Source: an uncultured bacterium (GTDB taxonomy: Bacteria > 4484-113). From it: a stretch of DNA of 43,944 bases. The notes beneath the pieces were generated by a model, which did no database searches, was not told the DNA's origin, and saw nothing but the letters and a program-made list of their open reading frames with translations. Both the position numbers and the translations under genes were made by a program. Location: NCBI GenBank assembly GCA_963749125.1, contig CAVVLL010000009.1, positions 1-43,944 of the forward strand. The letters run 5' to 3'. Position 1 is the first letter of the stretch, and every line of letters starts with the position of its first letter. Positions 9,875 through 19,615 of this stretch are shown here, piece after piece.

Positions 9875-10681
9875 ATGCCGCTTGTGGGAAAAGATATCAT
9901 CACATCATCGAAGAAGCTCAAGCGCGACCTGGCCGCGCGCGGCGACGCAAAGCGCGCCGAAGGCGCAAGCGCTTACTTAAAGCACGTCCTCAAGCACCAT
10001 GGCGTAGCCACTCCCGAGTTGCGGGAGTGCCTTTGCGGGTTTTACAGCTTGCACGACGACATGACGCGCGAGGAGCTGCTCAAAGCCGCCGCGTTTATGT
10101 GGGATAGCAATTACTGGGAGGAGAAAATAATCGCCGTCGCGATGCTCAACCGCTACGAAAAGCTGCTCACGCCCGCCGACCTGGAATTTCTCGGCGAGCT
10201 TTGCGCACAGTCCGGGACATGGGCGCTGCTTGATACGCTCGCGACGGTCGGCCTGCCCGCGCTCGTCATGCGCCATCCCGCGCTCTACACCAAAGTGCGC
10301 AGGTGGTCCAATAGCGATGCGATGTGGAAGCGGCGCGCGAGTATCCTTTGCCACCTCACTCCGATGGTCGGGCGCGACCGCAAGTCACGCCTGCCCAAGG
10401 GCATCATCGCCGATGAGCGCAACGTGCGCGCCGACTTGTTTTACAGCACCGCCGCCGAGCTGGCGCACGAAAAGGAATTCTTCATCCGCAAGGCGATTGG
10501 CTGGGTGCTGCGCGAAGTAAGCAAGCTGCGGCCGGAGGAGGTGCGCGACTTCCTCATGACGCATCCCGGAGAGTTCTCGGGCCTGACGATGAGCGAAGCG
10601 TGTAAGTATCTGCCAGAGGAAATGCAGCGCGAGCTTGGCATGAAAGTTAAGCCTAAGAAGGCGGCCGCGAAAGCGCGTTAG
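9875..10681 (+). CDS. DNA alkylation repair protein (AlkD/AlkC-like HEAT-repeat glycosylase family)
   Basis: 268 aa all-helical protein. The segment FFIRKAIGWVLREVSKLRPEEVRDFL is typical of the DNA_alkylation (COG4912) family. The assignment is by recalled motif similarity only. Confidence 0.5.
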   Translation: MPLVGKDIITSSKKLKRDLAARGDAKRAEGASAYLKHVLKHHGVATPELRECLCGFYSLHDDMTREELLKAAAFMWDSNYWEEKIIAVAMLNRYEKLLTPADLEFLGELCAQSGTWALLDTLATVGLPALVMRHPALYTKVRRWSNSDAMWKRRASILCHLTPMVGRDRKSRLPKGIIADERNVRADLFYSTAAELAHEKEFFIRKAIGWVLREVSKLRPEEVRDFLMTHPGEFSGLTMSEACKYLPEEMQRELGMKVKPKKAAAKAR

Positions 10682-11442
10682 AGCTGGAGCTTGTAGCCCG
10701 CTTTGCGCGAAGTCATCAAGTGCTTTGGCGATGCGGGATTATCCTCAAGCTTGTGGCGAAGGGAGCTCATCGTCACGTCCACCGCCTTCAGCCCTGTCGG
10801 TGAATCGCCGCCCCACACTCGGTCCTTGATATCAGCGCGCGAAAGCACGGTATTGGGGTGCTCCAGCATGAACAGCAGCAAATCCCATTCCTTCGCCCGC
10901 AGGTATATCTCAGTGCCATCGCGCATGACAGACCTCGCCTCGCGGTCAACCGTGACCTTGCCGAGCGCCACGCGCCTGCGCTTGCGGATATTCCCGTCTT
11001 GCAGCGCCATCTTGAAGCGCTCGGCCTGCGCCAGCTGCGCCTTCACGCGCGCAATGAGCTCGCTTAGTTCAAAGGGCTTGGTTATATAATCGCTCGCGCC
11101 GAGGTCAAGGCCGACCAGCTTGTCCGCAAGCTGCCCGCGCGCCGAGAGGATTATCACGGGCACCGGCAGGTTCATCTCGTAGCGCATCGCCTTGAGCAGG
11201 TCCGTCCCGTCCATCCCCGGCAGCACGAGGTCAAGGATAACCAGGTCGTAGTTGTTCGCCTGCAGCATCGCGTATGCTTCGCTGCCGCTGCCCGCGACGG
11301 CCGTGTCGAAATACTCCTGCGTGAGGTTGTAAGTAAGCAGCGCCTGCAGCGTCGGGTCGTCTTCAACAACTAAGACTTTCGCTTTCACTTCCCCCTCCTC
11401 CGCCCGCATCTCGCGCGCACGCGCGGCAATATGGAAGAGCAA
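10678..11442 (-). CDS. OmpR/PhoB-family two-component response regulator (receiver plus winged-helix)
   Basis: KVLVVEDDPTLQ..., phospho-acceptor DLVILDLVLPGMDG, and a C-terminal winged-helix (RLRHKLED, GYKL). No histidine kinase is adjacent. The start may be the internal Met at 11409. Confidence 0.8.
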   Translation of the reverse strand: MLFHIAARAREMRAEEGEVKAKVLVVEDDPTLQALLTYNLTQEYFDTAVAGSGSEAYAMLQANNYDLVILDLVLPGMDGTDLLKAMRYEMNLPVPVIILSARGQLADKLVGLDLGASDYITKPFELSELIARVKAQLAQAERFKMALQDGNIRKRRRVALGKVTVDREARSVMRDGTEIYLRAKEWDLLLFMLEHPNTVLSRADIKDRVWGGDSPTGLKAVDVTMSSLRHKLEDNPASPKHLMTSRKAGYKLQL

Positions 11443-11528
11443 GCTTCCGCGGCCTCACGAACTTTGGTATCGATCCCCATCACCATGGCAAGGTTAATGT
11501 ATCACAAACGACGCAGACTTGCGCGCAG

Positions 11529-12644
11529 CTATCCCAACCGCGCTTTCAAAAACTCAACGATGCGGCGGGAGGCGTAGCCATCGCCGAATGGATTGGGCGC
11601 ATCTTTCGGCGGGGCGTTGCCAAGGCGCGTTTCCACGAGCGCATTGGCCATCTCAGACACAATGCGCGCGCTGTCGGTTCCGATGACCCGCGCGAAACCC
11701 GCATCCACAGCCTCCGGCCTCTCAGTCTGCCCGCGAAGCACCAGCGCAAGCTTGCCCAGCCCGCACGCCTCTTCCTGTACGCCGCCCGAATCGGTGAGGA
11801 TGAACTGCGCGCAGCACATGAGGTGGATGAACGAGCTGTAATCGGGCGCAGGCGTCATCAGCGCGTTGAGCGCATCTTGCAGGAACGGCAGCAGCCCATG
11901 GCGCAACAGCGGGTTTGGATGCAGGCAGGCGATAATCCCCACAGCGGGGTTGTCCTGCGCGAACACCCGCAGCGCGTCGCCGATGCGCGCCAGCGGCTCG
12001 CCCCAGTTCTCGCGGCGGTGCGTGGTGACGATGACATATTCCTTGAAGCGCGCAGTGAACTCGGCGATGTCCGCAGGCATCTCAACCGGCATCCCCATGA
12101 CTATGCGCACTGCGTCAACGACCGTGTTGCCGGTGACCACTATCTCGCCTTGCGTCAGGCCATCGCGCCGCAGGTTTCCCGCTGCGCCTTCGGTCGGCGC
12201 GAAGTAGTAGTCTGCAATCTGGTCGGCAAGGCGGCGGTTGATCTCTTCAGGATAAGGCAAAAAACGGTCGCCAGTGCGCAGCCCCGCCTCCACGTGCCCC
12301 ACCTTCACCTTGTTGTAGAACCCGGCAAGCGCGCCGGAAAGCGTGGAAGTCGTGTCGCCGTGCACGAGGATGCAGTCAGGGCGCTCCACGCGGACGATGT
12401 CGCTCAGGCGCGAAAGCGTGCGCGTCAGGATTTCGTCAAGCCGCTGGCCTTCTTTCATGATGTCCAAGTCATGCTGCGGCTCTATGCCGAAGAGGTCAAG
12501 CACTTGGTGTAGCAGCGCGCGGTGCTGGCCCGTCACGGCAAGGATGTGCTCAAAGCCGCTGGTGGCCTGCAATTCGCGCACAACCGGCGCCATCTTGATG
12601 GCTTCCGGCCGCGTCCCGATGATTGTGAGTACTTTTGCCCCCAC
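11529..12644 (-). CDS. wecB: UDP-N-acetylglucosamine 2-epimerase (non-hydrolysing)
   Basis: KVLTIIGTRPEAIKMAPV, VTGQHR, HGDTTSTL, and a C-terminal GGVQEEA motif. Confidence 0.85.
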   Translation of the reverse strand: MGAKVLTIIGTRPEAIKMAPVVRELQATSGFEHILAVTGQHRALLHQVLDLFGIEPQHDLDIMKEGQRLDEILTRTLSRLSDIVRVERPDCILVHGDTTSTLSGALAGFYNKVKVGHVEAGLRTGDRFLPYPEEINRRLADQIADYYFAPTEGAAGNLRRDGLTQGEIVVTGNTVVDAVRIVMGMPVEMPADIAEFTARFKEYVIVTTHRRENWGEPLARIGDALRVFAQDNPAVGIIACLHPNPLLRHGLLPFLQDALNALMTPAPDYSSFIHLMCCAQFILTDSGGVQEEACGLGKLALVLRGQTERPEAVDAGFARVIGTDSARIVSEMANALVETRLGNAPPKDAPNPFGDGYASRRIVEFLKARLG

Positions 12645-12665
12645 GTCTCTTATTGTAGCAGAGGA

Positions 12666-13478
12666 TTAGCCCTGCCAGGCTTTCACGGCGCTGGGAAGCC
12701 AGTCGGCGAATGCCTGGGCGACAGCCTTGTTACCTTCTGCGTTGGGATGCGAGTCGCTTTCATTGCGCCTGAAGCCTGCGCGCAGCATGTCATCCTTCCC
12801 AGCAAGCAGGTTGTAGCAGTCAAAGACCGCCACGTTCCCTTGCCCCTTCGGCCACTCGGCTTTGAGCCACTGCGCGAACTTACGGTAGCGCGCGGCATTC
12901 TCCGGCTTGGTCGCGCCCGGCACCAGTGGCGGCGCCGTCCATGCTACGAACAGCGTCTTTGGCTGCTTTGCGAAGAAGGGCTTCAGCGCGTTGTAGTAAC
13001 CTTTGTAAGTCTCAAGCATCTCGTCCGAGCTGACGTCGCACGCCGGGTAGCAGCTCTTGAATGCGACAATGCCGTGCTTCTTACCGCCTGACAGCTCCCA
13101 GCCCAGCACCTCGTCCATGTGCTCGCCGAAGGTCGAGGGGAAGTGGTCGGGGTTGGTGTTGTCGCCGATCCAGCCGTCGCCGTAGGTGATGTCGTGCACG
13201 TCAAGCCCCAGCGCCGTGAGCTTGGCGCTCATCCCGCCCTCATCAAGGAAACCGCTGCCGCAGGAGTGGTGCAGATACACGAAGCTCATCCCTTGAAGCC
13301 CGCGCGCAGGCTTGCCCGCTGCTGGTGCAGTATCACTCGCAGGCTGCTGCGATGGCGCAGGTTGCGATTGCACCGGCGTCATTGATGCGTCTGCCTGGTT
13401 CTCCGGCTGCGCGCACTTGGCAGCGCAAAGGATAAGCAGCGCGATGATGAAACAAGCTAATGTTATGGTGGTTCTCAT
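12666..13478 (-). CDS. Secreted hypothetical protein, possibly SGNH-like hydrolase
   Basis: The likely start is Met39 of the tracked ORF (signal peptide MRTTITLACFIIALLILCAA). A Pro/Gln/Ser-rich linker follows. The C-terminal DSHPN motif resembles the catalytic D-x-x-H of SGNH hydrolases. The N-terminal HHSCGSG block is not a canonical GDS motif. Confidence 0.4.
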   Translation of the reverse strand: MRTTITLACFIIALLILCAAKCAQPENQADASMTPVQSQPAPSQQPASDTAPAAGKPARGLQGMSFVYLHHSCGSGFLDEGGMSAKLTALGLDVHDITYGDGWIGDNTNPDHFPSTFGEHMDEVLGWELSGGKKHGIVAFKSCYPACDVSSDEMLETYKGYYNALKPFFAKQPKTLFVAWTAPPLVPGATKPENAARYRKFAQWLKAEWPKGQGNVAVFDCYNLLAGKDDMLRAGFRRNESDSHPNAEGNKAVAQAFADWLPSAVKAWQG

Positions 13479-13604
13479 AGTCCAGCCCCCTGATGTCGGA
13501 ATCTTACTACGAATAATCGGAACAAAGAAGGCTAGCCTGCGTCTAATAGAAGCGCGCTTAACTGACGCGCCTGGTATACTGTAGTAACTCAACGAAGGAG
13601 TACG

Positions 13605-13865
13605 TTGTTGAAAAACCTGATAACCATAGCCATCGCAGCTCTCCTCTTTGCGGTAACAGCCGCTGCAATCCCCGCTTCCGCGGCCACTTCCACCGGCGCG
13701 TCTGTAGGAAGCCCGGCATCTTTATCCTCAGTGAGCGCTGCCCCACCGGATGCGTCACTCGCGGCGAGGAACCGTGGTGGCGATTCTGGTAACAAGGGCA
13801 AGAATAAGGGTAAAGGCAAGAAGAAAAGAGGCGGCGACCGCAAGCGCAACGGCAACTGCAAGTAG
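13605..13865 (+). CDS. Small secreted protein with Ala/Ser-rich core and Lys/Gly-rich basic tail
   Basis: A TTG start follows a ggag RBS. There is a signal peptide. The tail is GNKGKNKGKGKKKRGGDRKRNGNCK. No homology was recognised. Confidence 0.35.
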   Translation: MLKNLITIAIAALLFAVTAAAIPASAATSTGASVGSPASLSSVSAAPPDASLAARNRGGDSGNKGKNKGKGKKKRGGDRKRNGNCK

Positions 13866-13940
13866 CCCCGCGAGCCGCAGTTTTACATACGGCAGTCCCA
13901 TCTTAGCGCCACAACGCGCGCTCTGCTAGAATCTGCGCGT

Positions 13941-14789
13941 ATGGATTATGTCTATGACGACTTGATACGCCTCGCCTTGCGCGAAGACTATGGCATGGGC
14001 GACCTCACGAGCGAGCTGCTCTTTGACGAAGAAGACTGCGCCGTGGCCGCCATCGTCGCCAAGGCGCCGGGCATCCTCTCCGGCCTCACCCTCGCCATCC
14101 GCGTGTTTGAGATGCTGGACGGCACGCTTGAGATGTGCCGGCACGCCAAGGACGGCGACAGCGTGGATAAGGGCATGACTGTGCTGGAGCTTGCAGGCAA
14201 CACGCGCAAGCTGCTGGCAGGCGAGCGCACCGCGCTGAACTTCATCATGCACCTCTCCGGCATCGCCACCGCGACCTACAACCTGCAAAAGCTGCTGCAG
14301 GATAACGGGCGCAGGACGCGTGTTTGCGAGACGCGTAAGACGACGCCCATCTGGCGCTTCGCGGAAAAGGCGGCTGTGCGCGACGGCGGTGGCCTGAACC
14401 ACCGCTACTCGCTGGGCGACGGCGTGCTCATCAAGGACAACCACCTCGCGCTGCTAAGTAACCCGGCCGAGACGGTGCGCGGCGCGAAGGTGCGCAGCCG
14501 CAAGGTGGACATCGTTGAAGTTGAGATTACCTCGCTTGAGCAAATTGAGCCATTCATCGCCGCCGGCGCTGACATGCTGCTCCTGGACAACATGGCGCCG
14601 GGGATGGTGCGCGATGCGGTGAAGCTCATCGCAGGCCGCGTGCGCGTGGAGGTTTCGGGAGGCGTGAACCCCGTCAACATCCTTGACTACGCGGTTGACG
14701 GCGTGGACGTCATCTCGCTAGGCTACATCACGCATTCCGCCCCCGCGCTGGACTTCTCAATGGACATCATGCAGGAGGTGGCGCGCTAA
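13941..14789 (+). CDS. nadC: Nicotinate-nucleotide pyrophosphorylase (quinolinate phosphoribosyltransferase)
   Basis: GERTALNFIMHLSGIAT, LIKDNH, and a C-terminal TIM-barrel layout. The stop overlaps the coaX start (ATGA... taatg). Confidence 0.9.
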   Translation: MDYVYDDLIRLALREDYGMGDLTSELLFDEEDCAVAAIVAKAPGILSGLTLAIRVFEMLDGTLEMCRHAKDGDSVDKGMTVLELAGNTRKLLAGERTALNFIMHLSGIATATYNLQKLLQDNGRRTRVCETRKTTPIWRFAEKAAVRDGGGLNHRYSLGDGVLIKDNHLALLSNPAETVRGAKVRSRKVDIVEVEITSLEQIEPFIAAGADMLLLDNMAPGMVRDAVKLIAGRVRVEVSGGVNPVNILDYAVDGVDVISLGYITHSAPALDFSMDIMQEVAR

Positions 14790-15553
14790 TGCTGCTGGCA
14801 GTTGACGTTGGCAACACCAACATCGTCATCGGCGTCTGGCAAGGCGACAAGATAATCGCCCGCTTCCGCATCACCACGCGCCATGACGCGACCAGCGACG
14901 AATACGTGAGCCTTGCGCACGGCCTGCTCGGTAACATCAAGCTTGGCAAGGGCAGCGTTGAAGGCGCAGTGATGAGCAGCGTCGTCCCGCCACTCGTGCC
15001 GCGCCTGGTGAAAGTCATTGAGCGCATCACGGGCGTGGAGCCGCTCGTCGTCGGCCCCGGCGTGAAAACCGGCTTGAACATTCTTTACGAAGACCCGCGC
15101 GAGGTGGGCGCAGACCGCATCGTGAACTGCGTCGCCGCGCTGTCGCGCTGGAAGCCGCCGCTCATCGTCGTGGACTTCGGAACTGCGACGACCTTTGACG
15201 TGCTCATGCCGCCCGCGGACTACCTCGGCGGGTGCATCGCGCCGGGCATAGATATCTCGCGCGAGGCGCTGGCGGAGCGCACGGCGAAGCTGCCACGCGT
15301 GGAGCTGGCGCTGCCAAGCGAGGTCATCGGGCGCACGACCGCCGACAGCATCAGAAGCGGCATCCTGTGGGGGCACGGCGCGATGGTGGACGGGCTTGCG
15401 GCGATGATTGAAAAGCAGATTGGCGCGAAGGCGAAAGTCGTCGCCACCGGCGGCTTCGGCGAACTCATGCGCCGCGCCTCCAAGCGCATCTCCGCCGCCG
15501 ACCCCAACCTCACGCTATTAGGCCTCAGACTTATCTACGAGCGGAACAGGTAA
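14789..15553 (+). CDS. coaX: Type III pantothenate kinase
   Basis: MLLAVDVGNTNIVIGV N-terminus and GTATTFD motif. About 254 aa, typical of CoaX. Confidence 0.85.
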   Translation: MLLAVDVGNTNIVIGVWQGDKIIARFRITTRHDATSDEYVSLAHGLLGNIKLGKGSVEGAVMSSVVPPLVPRLVKVIERITGVEPLVVGPGVKTGLNILYEDPREVGADRIVNCVAALSRWKPPLIVVDFGTATTFDVLMPPADYLGGCIAPGIDISREALAERTAKLPRVELALPSEVIGRTTADSIRSGILWGHGAMVDGLAAMIEKQIGAKAKVVATGGFGELMRRASKRISAADPNLTLLGLRLIYERNR

Positions 15554-15556
15554 AGG

Positions 15557-16387
15557 CTAAGAATCAGATTCTAGGTTGTATTCATCCGGCAGCTCAACAA
15601 ACTCGCCAGTCTCTGGCTTATACCATACCGGCCAATCTTCGGGCTCAAATCTCCCCAATTCTTTAGCTTTACACAGCTTTTCCTTCGCAGCCGCATCATT
15701 TCCCATCTCGTAGAGCGATACTCCCCAATGTAAAAACAACTCGGGATCTTCGGGGGCTAAGGAATAAGCTTTCTCGTATTTCTCGCATGCTTCTGAAAAC
15801 CTGCTTTGTGTTGATAAAGCCCAGCCCCAAGCGATGTATGCCTCTGCATAATCCGGACAGACCGCGATGGCGACTGCAAACTTCTCATACGCCTCCTCAT
15901 ATAAGAACTGACTAAGCAGCGAATAAGCCTGGCCGTAGTAGGCTTCAGCGTAATCAGGCTTTTTTCTTAACGCCTCTGCGAACTTATTGTATGCCTCTTC
16001 ATAATCGCCTTGCTTGAACAACGCCTTGCCCCAAGAGAAATACACATTCGCGCTGCCAGGATCTTGTGCTACTGCAATTTCGAACTTCTTACATGCCTCT
16101 TTGTATTTGCGCATTTCGCTAAATGCGCAACCCCAAAAGTAGTATGCCTCTGCATAGTCGGACCTTAGCTTTGTCGCCGTCGCAAATTGCGAACCGGCGT
16201 CTTGATAGCGTTCCAGCCTATAAAGTGCCTTTCCGTATTGAAAGAACGCAGCATGATTGTTTGGGTTAAGGTTTACAGCTTGAGCTAAAGCTTCTGCTGC
16301 TGTTTCATTCTGGCTTGCTTCAAGAGCCTCTAGCCCTTTATGGTACAAAGCCTCAAAATTGGCAGCTTTGTTTTTGTCCAGTTTCAT
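15557..16387 (-). CDS. Tetratricopeptide-repeat protein (about seven near-identical 34-aa TPRs)
   Basis: Recurrent PDYAEAY..WG.A......EA..KF..A units. GC is about 48%, well below the flanking genes. Confidence 0.8.
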   Translation of the reverse strand: MKLDKNKAANFEALYHKGLEALEASQNETAAEALAQAVNLNPNNHAAFFQYGKALYRLERYQDAGSQFATATKLRSDYAEAYYFWGCAFSEMRKYKEACKKFEIAVAQDPGSANVYFSWGKALFKQGDYEEAYNKFAEALRKKPDYAEAYYGQAYSLLSQFLYEEAYEKFAVAIAVCPDYAEAYIAWGWALSTQSRFSEACEKYEKAYSLAPEDPELFLHWGVSLYEMGNDAAAKEKLCKAKELGRFEPEDWPVWYKPETGEFVELPDEYNLESDS

Positions 16388-16449
16388 CTGCGCATGTTTC
16401 CCTACGGAAATATCCGCAAGTCTAATACGACATAAATCGCTACTTCGCC

Positions 16450-18012
16450 CTACTTTCCCTCAGGCTTATCCGGAGGCTCCGGCGGGGCGTCTGGGAGGAC
16501 TTCCATGTTGCCCTTGGTATCGCGATGCGCGCCGTGCGGGGCGTCGGGGTCGTGACTCACGTAATGCTCGTCGGGGATGGTGGCGAAGCCATCGGCGTGG
16601 ATGCTTCCGTGAACGCCCGCGGCGTCCTTGGCCTTGCCGAGGAACTCGGGGAGGTTCATGCCCGCGATATCAAACAGGTTTTGCAGCGGCGGGAGCGACT
16701 TCATGAGGCTGGCGAGAAAGTTCGCGGTCGTGGACGAGCCGCCGCCCTTGCCGTCGCCGGGCATGGTGTCCCAGACCATGACCTTGTCTATCTTCAGGCT
16801 CTTGATGGCCTCAACCTGCGTCGCCACGAGGGTTGGCAGCTTGTCGGTAATCATCAGCAGCGCAGCCAGGCGCGGGTCGCCGGACGCGGCCCTGACGATT
16901 TCCGTCAAGCCGTCTGCCTGGCGCACCAGGATTTCGCGGTTACCGCGCGCTTCAGCTTCCAGCTTGGCGAAGATGGCGTCGGCGGTGCCGCGCGCGACAC
17001 GGCGCAGCTTCTCCGCCTCGGCTTCGGCGGCGATTTCAATGCGCTGCTTCTCAATTTGCTGCGGCACAACGATGTCGGCGGTCTGCGTTGCGCGCTGGCG
17101 CTCGGAACGCGCCATTTCGGCAACCTGCTCCGCGGCATACGCCTCTTCCAGCGCCTTCGCGGACTGCACCTTTTCGGCGGCGGTCCCGATGCGGTTGGCG
17201 GTCGCTTCCTTCTCGCGCCGCTCGGCGTTTGAATTGGCGATTTGGATGCGCGCGGCGTTTTCGCCCTCAACCGCGTCAGCGTCCGCGGCGGCAACCTTAA
17301 TGCGCTGCTCGCGCTCGGCTTCGGCGCGGCCGATTTCACCGTCGCGGAGGCGCTCTGCTACGCGCTTCTTCGCCTCGTTGATGGCCTGCGCAGCGGCTTC
17401 CTTGCCCAGCGCCTCAATGTAGCCGGACGCGTCGGTAATGTCCTTGACGTTCACGTTGATGAGCTTCAAGCCGATCTTCTTAAGCTCCACTTCAACGCCC
17501 TGCGTGACGTAATCAAGGAACTTGTCGCGGTCGGCGTTGATCTGCTCGATGTACATCGTCGCGATGACGACACGCAGCTGGCCGAAGATGATGTCCTCGG
17601 TGATGCGCTTGATGGCGTCGTTGCCTAGGCCCAGCAGGCGTTCCGCCGCGTTCTCCATCACGCCGGCCTCGGTTGAGATGCCGACGGTGAATGTTGAAGG
17701 CACGTTGATGCGGATGTTTTGCTTGGACAGCGCTTTTTGCAGGTCAATGTCAATCGTTATCGGCGTGAGGTCCAGGAACTGGTAGTCCTGGATGACCGGC
17801 CAGATGAACGCCGCGCCGCCGTGGATGCAGCGCGCCGAGCGGTAGCCTTCCGGCCCGCGCCCGATGCGCCCGTAGATGACCATGACGCGGTCGGACGGGC
17901 ACCTGCGGTAGCGCGATAACAGCCAGATAACGATGAAGAACAGGGTGAGGACAAAGACTGTGACCAGCCCTATCGTGCCCTGCGCGGGGATTTGAAGTGC
18001 GATTGGCAGCAT
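16450..18012 (-). CDS. Flotillin-like SPFH/band-7 protein (YqiK/FloT type) with C-terminal Pro/His-rich tail
   Basis: N-terminal TM segment, SPFH core, and a long Ala/Glu-rich coiled-coil (EAxxAE repeats). The about 90-aa C-terminal extension is rich in Gly, Pro, His and Asp. Confidence 0.85.
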   Translation of the reverse strand: MLPIALQIPAQGTIGLVTVFVLTLFFIVIWLLSRYRRCPSDRVMVIYGRIGRGPEGYRSARCIHGGAAFIWPVIQDYQFLDLTPITIDIDLQKALSKQNIRINVPSTFTVGISTEAGVMENAAERLLGLGNDAIKRITEDIIFGQLRVVIATMYIEQINADRDKFLDYVTQGVEVELKKIGLKLINVNVKDITDASGYIEALGKEAAAQAINEAKKRVAERLRDGEIGRAEAEREQRIKVAAADADAVEGENAARIQIANSNAERREKEATANRIGTAAEKVQSAKALEEAYAAEQVAEMARSERQRATQTADIVVPQQIEKQRIEIAAEAEAEKLRRVARGTADAIFAKLEAEARGNREILVRQADGLTEIVRAASGDPRLAALLMITDKLPTLVATQVEAIKSLKIDKVMVWDTMPGDGKGGGSSTTANFLASLMKSLPPLQNLFDIAGMNLPEFLGKAKDAAGVHGSIHADGFATIPDEHYVSHDPDAPHGAHRDTKGNMEVLPDAPPEPPDKPEGK

Positions 18013-18620
18013 TATTCGTTCCTTTCCGGCTGGACGATAAAGGTTGTTGAGTCCAGCTGTTTGGTGATAACAACTTTGGTTCCCGGCGCCAGGCGCTCTT
18101 CGTAGTCGGTCTGCGCCGACACTTCGCGCAGCCTGCCCTGCACCGTGACTTGAACCTGCCCCGCGCCTTCGCGCTTGGGCGGGATGGTGATGTAAACCGT
18201 CGCGACCTTGCCGATGGCGTTGGCGAGATCAATGTTCCCCGAGTCGCGCAGCTTGAAGATGGCGCTCATAAGCCAAAACACGATGAACATGAACGCCGTG
18301 CCGATAACCGTCGCCCCGATGATAGTCAGCGCCGTGTTGCCGGTCGCTTCCCAAATTGCGACTCCCCCCCAGCCGAAGCCGGCGAGGAACGCGATGAGCG
18401 TGCGCACGGAAAGCCAGGAAAGCCCGGGGTCGTGCGCGGCTAAGTGGTCGCCGCCAAGGGGCGAGAAGTCGTGGCCGCCATCAGTGCTGAAGTCGGAATC
18501 ACCGTGGCTAAAGCCGATAATGTTTAGCAGCAGCATGATGACCAGCACCAGCGTCGACGCGAAAGCGACTATGTAGAAGAAATGCGAAATTGCGGGCAAT
18601 GTAACCCACCACTCGTTCAC
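18012..18620 (-). CDS. NfeD/YqiJ-like membrane protein (flotillin partner)
   Basis: Multi-TM N-terminus plus a C-terminal soluble OB-fold-like domain. It sits immediately upstream of flotillin on the same strand (start/stop overlap), the classical nfeD-floT arrangement. Confidence 0.7.
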   Translation of the reverse strand: MNEWWVTLPAISHFFYIVAFASTLVLVIMLLLNIIGFSHGDSDFSTDGGHDFSPLGGDHLAAHDPGLSWLSVRTLIAFLAGFGWGGVAIWEATGNTALTIIGATVIGTAFMFIVFWLMSAIFKLRDSGNIDLANAIGKVATVYITIPPKREGAGQVQVTVQGRLREVSAQTDYEERLAPGTKVVITKQLDSTTFIVQPERNE

Positions 18621-18751
18621 TTTTTACCCCTCCTCAAGGTGCATAAAGCAGCACCAGAGCATTGAGTCTATTCCACACGCCGGTTGCTGTCAAGCATTCG
18701 CGCCGCTGAGAACCTGCAGATTTGTGCTGAAAAGGGCTATGCAACAGCGCC

Positions 18752-19573
18752 TTGCCGGACTTAAAATACTTGCAGGAGAAAGGGGATGACCCGCGAACAC
18801 ATAACGGGTGGCTTAATGCCGCGCAATACCTTCCCCCGGGGGAGGCAAACCGCTTGAAGCTCCGAACCGTAACATGGAACGTCCATAGCTGGCGCGATAG
18901 CTGCTACCGCCCGCAGTTTCCCGAGATGCTCAGCATCCTGCAAGACCTGCGCCCTGACTTGCTGTTTATCCAGGAAGCACGGTGGGATCCTGCACGCGGC
19001 GTGTATTCGCCGGAGATAGCGCAGCTGCGCGCCGACCTGGAGCTTGAGGGCTTCGCGATGTGCGCCACGCACCACAGCCCGGTGCGCCACCAGGCGCTGG
19101 GGCACCTCATCCTCTCGCGCCAGAAGATGTGCAACATCCAGCATGTTGAAGTCGGCACAAGTTTCTCTATTAAACGCAGGCTGTTGATGGCGCAGGTGCA
19201 AGCCGGGCGCAACATCCTCAGCGTCGCGACGACGCACCTATCGCCCATCCCGCTGCCTTCGGTGCCCGCGTGGCACTGGGACTGGCTGCCGCGCTCCAGT
19301 GAAACGCAACGCCTCATCAAGTCGATTGAGCAAGCTGAGCAGCCGGTCATTCTCGGGCTTGACATGAACGCGACGCCGCAGACAACCGACTTCAAGCGCC
19401 TGGCGTCTGTGCTCTCGCCGGTGAGCCAGGACCACTGCAGCCACATCTCAGGCTTGTGCCTCGACTTCATCTTCACCACTCCGAGGATGAACGTGTCTAA
19501 GTTCCCCATCCGGCTTTCCACAAGCCCGTCCGACCACTACCCCGTCGCCGCGGACATCATCCTTCCCGGCTAA
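18752..19573 (+). CDS. Endonuclease/exonuclease/phosphatase (EEP) family protein
   Basis: LKLRTVTWNVHSW N-terminal motif, DLLFIQEA, and a C-terminal SDHYPV motif. The probable true start is the TTG at 18854, following a gggggagg RBS (MKLRTVTWNV...). Confidence 0.7.
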   Translation: MPDLKYLQEKGDDPRTHNGWLNAAQYLPPGEANRLKLRTVTWNVHSWRDSCYRPQFPEMLSILQDLRPDLLFIQEARWDPARGVYSPEIAQLRADLELEGFAMCATHHSPVRHQALGHLILSRQKMCNIQHVEVGTSFSIKRRLLMAQVQAGRNILSVATTHLSPIPLPSVPAWHWDWLPRSSETQRLIKSIEQAEQPVILGLDMNATPQTTDFKRLASVLSPVSQDHCSHISGLCLDFIFTTPRMNVSKFPIRLSTSPSDHYPVAADIILPG

Positions 19574-19615
19574 ATTGTTGCAGATATAAGTTTCCTAAGG
19601 TATTATTAGGCGAGC

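Noticed and set aside
16525-17422. Long antisense ORFs (235 aa, 264 aa, 144 aa and others) overlapping the flotillin gene, and similar shadow ORFs inside ileS (1467-2468), aroA, wecB, the dockerin/HExxH genes and the PKD genes
   Set aside because: In GC-rich DNA the opposite strand of a real gene is stop-poor. These ORFs have Ala/Arg/Gly-rich low-complexity translations, no motifs and no RBS context, while the sense-strand genes are unambiguous.
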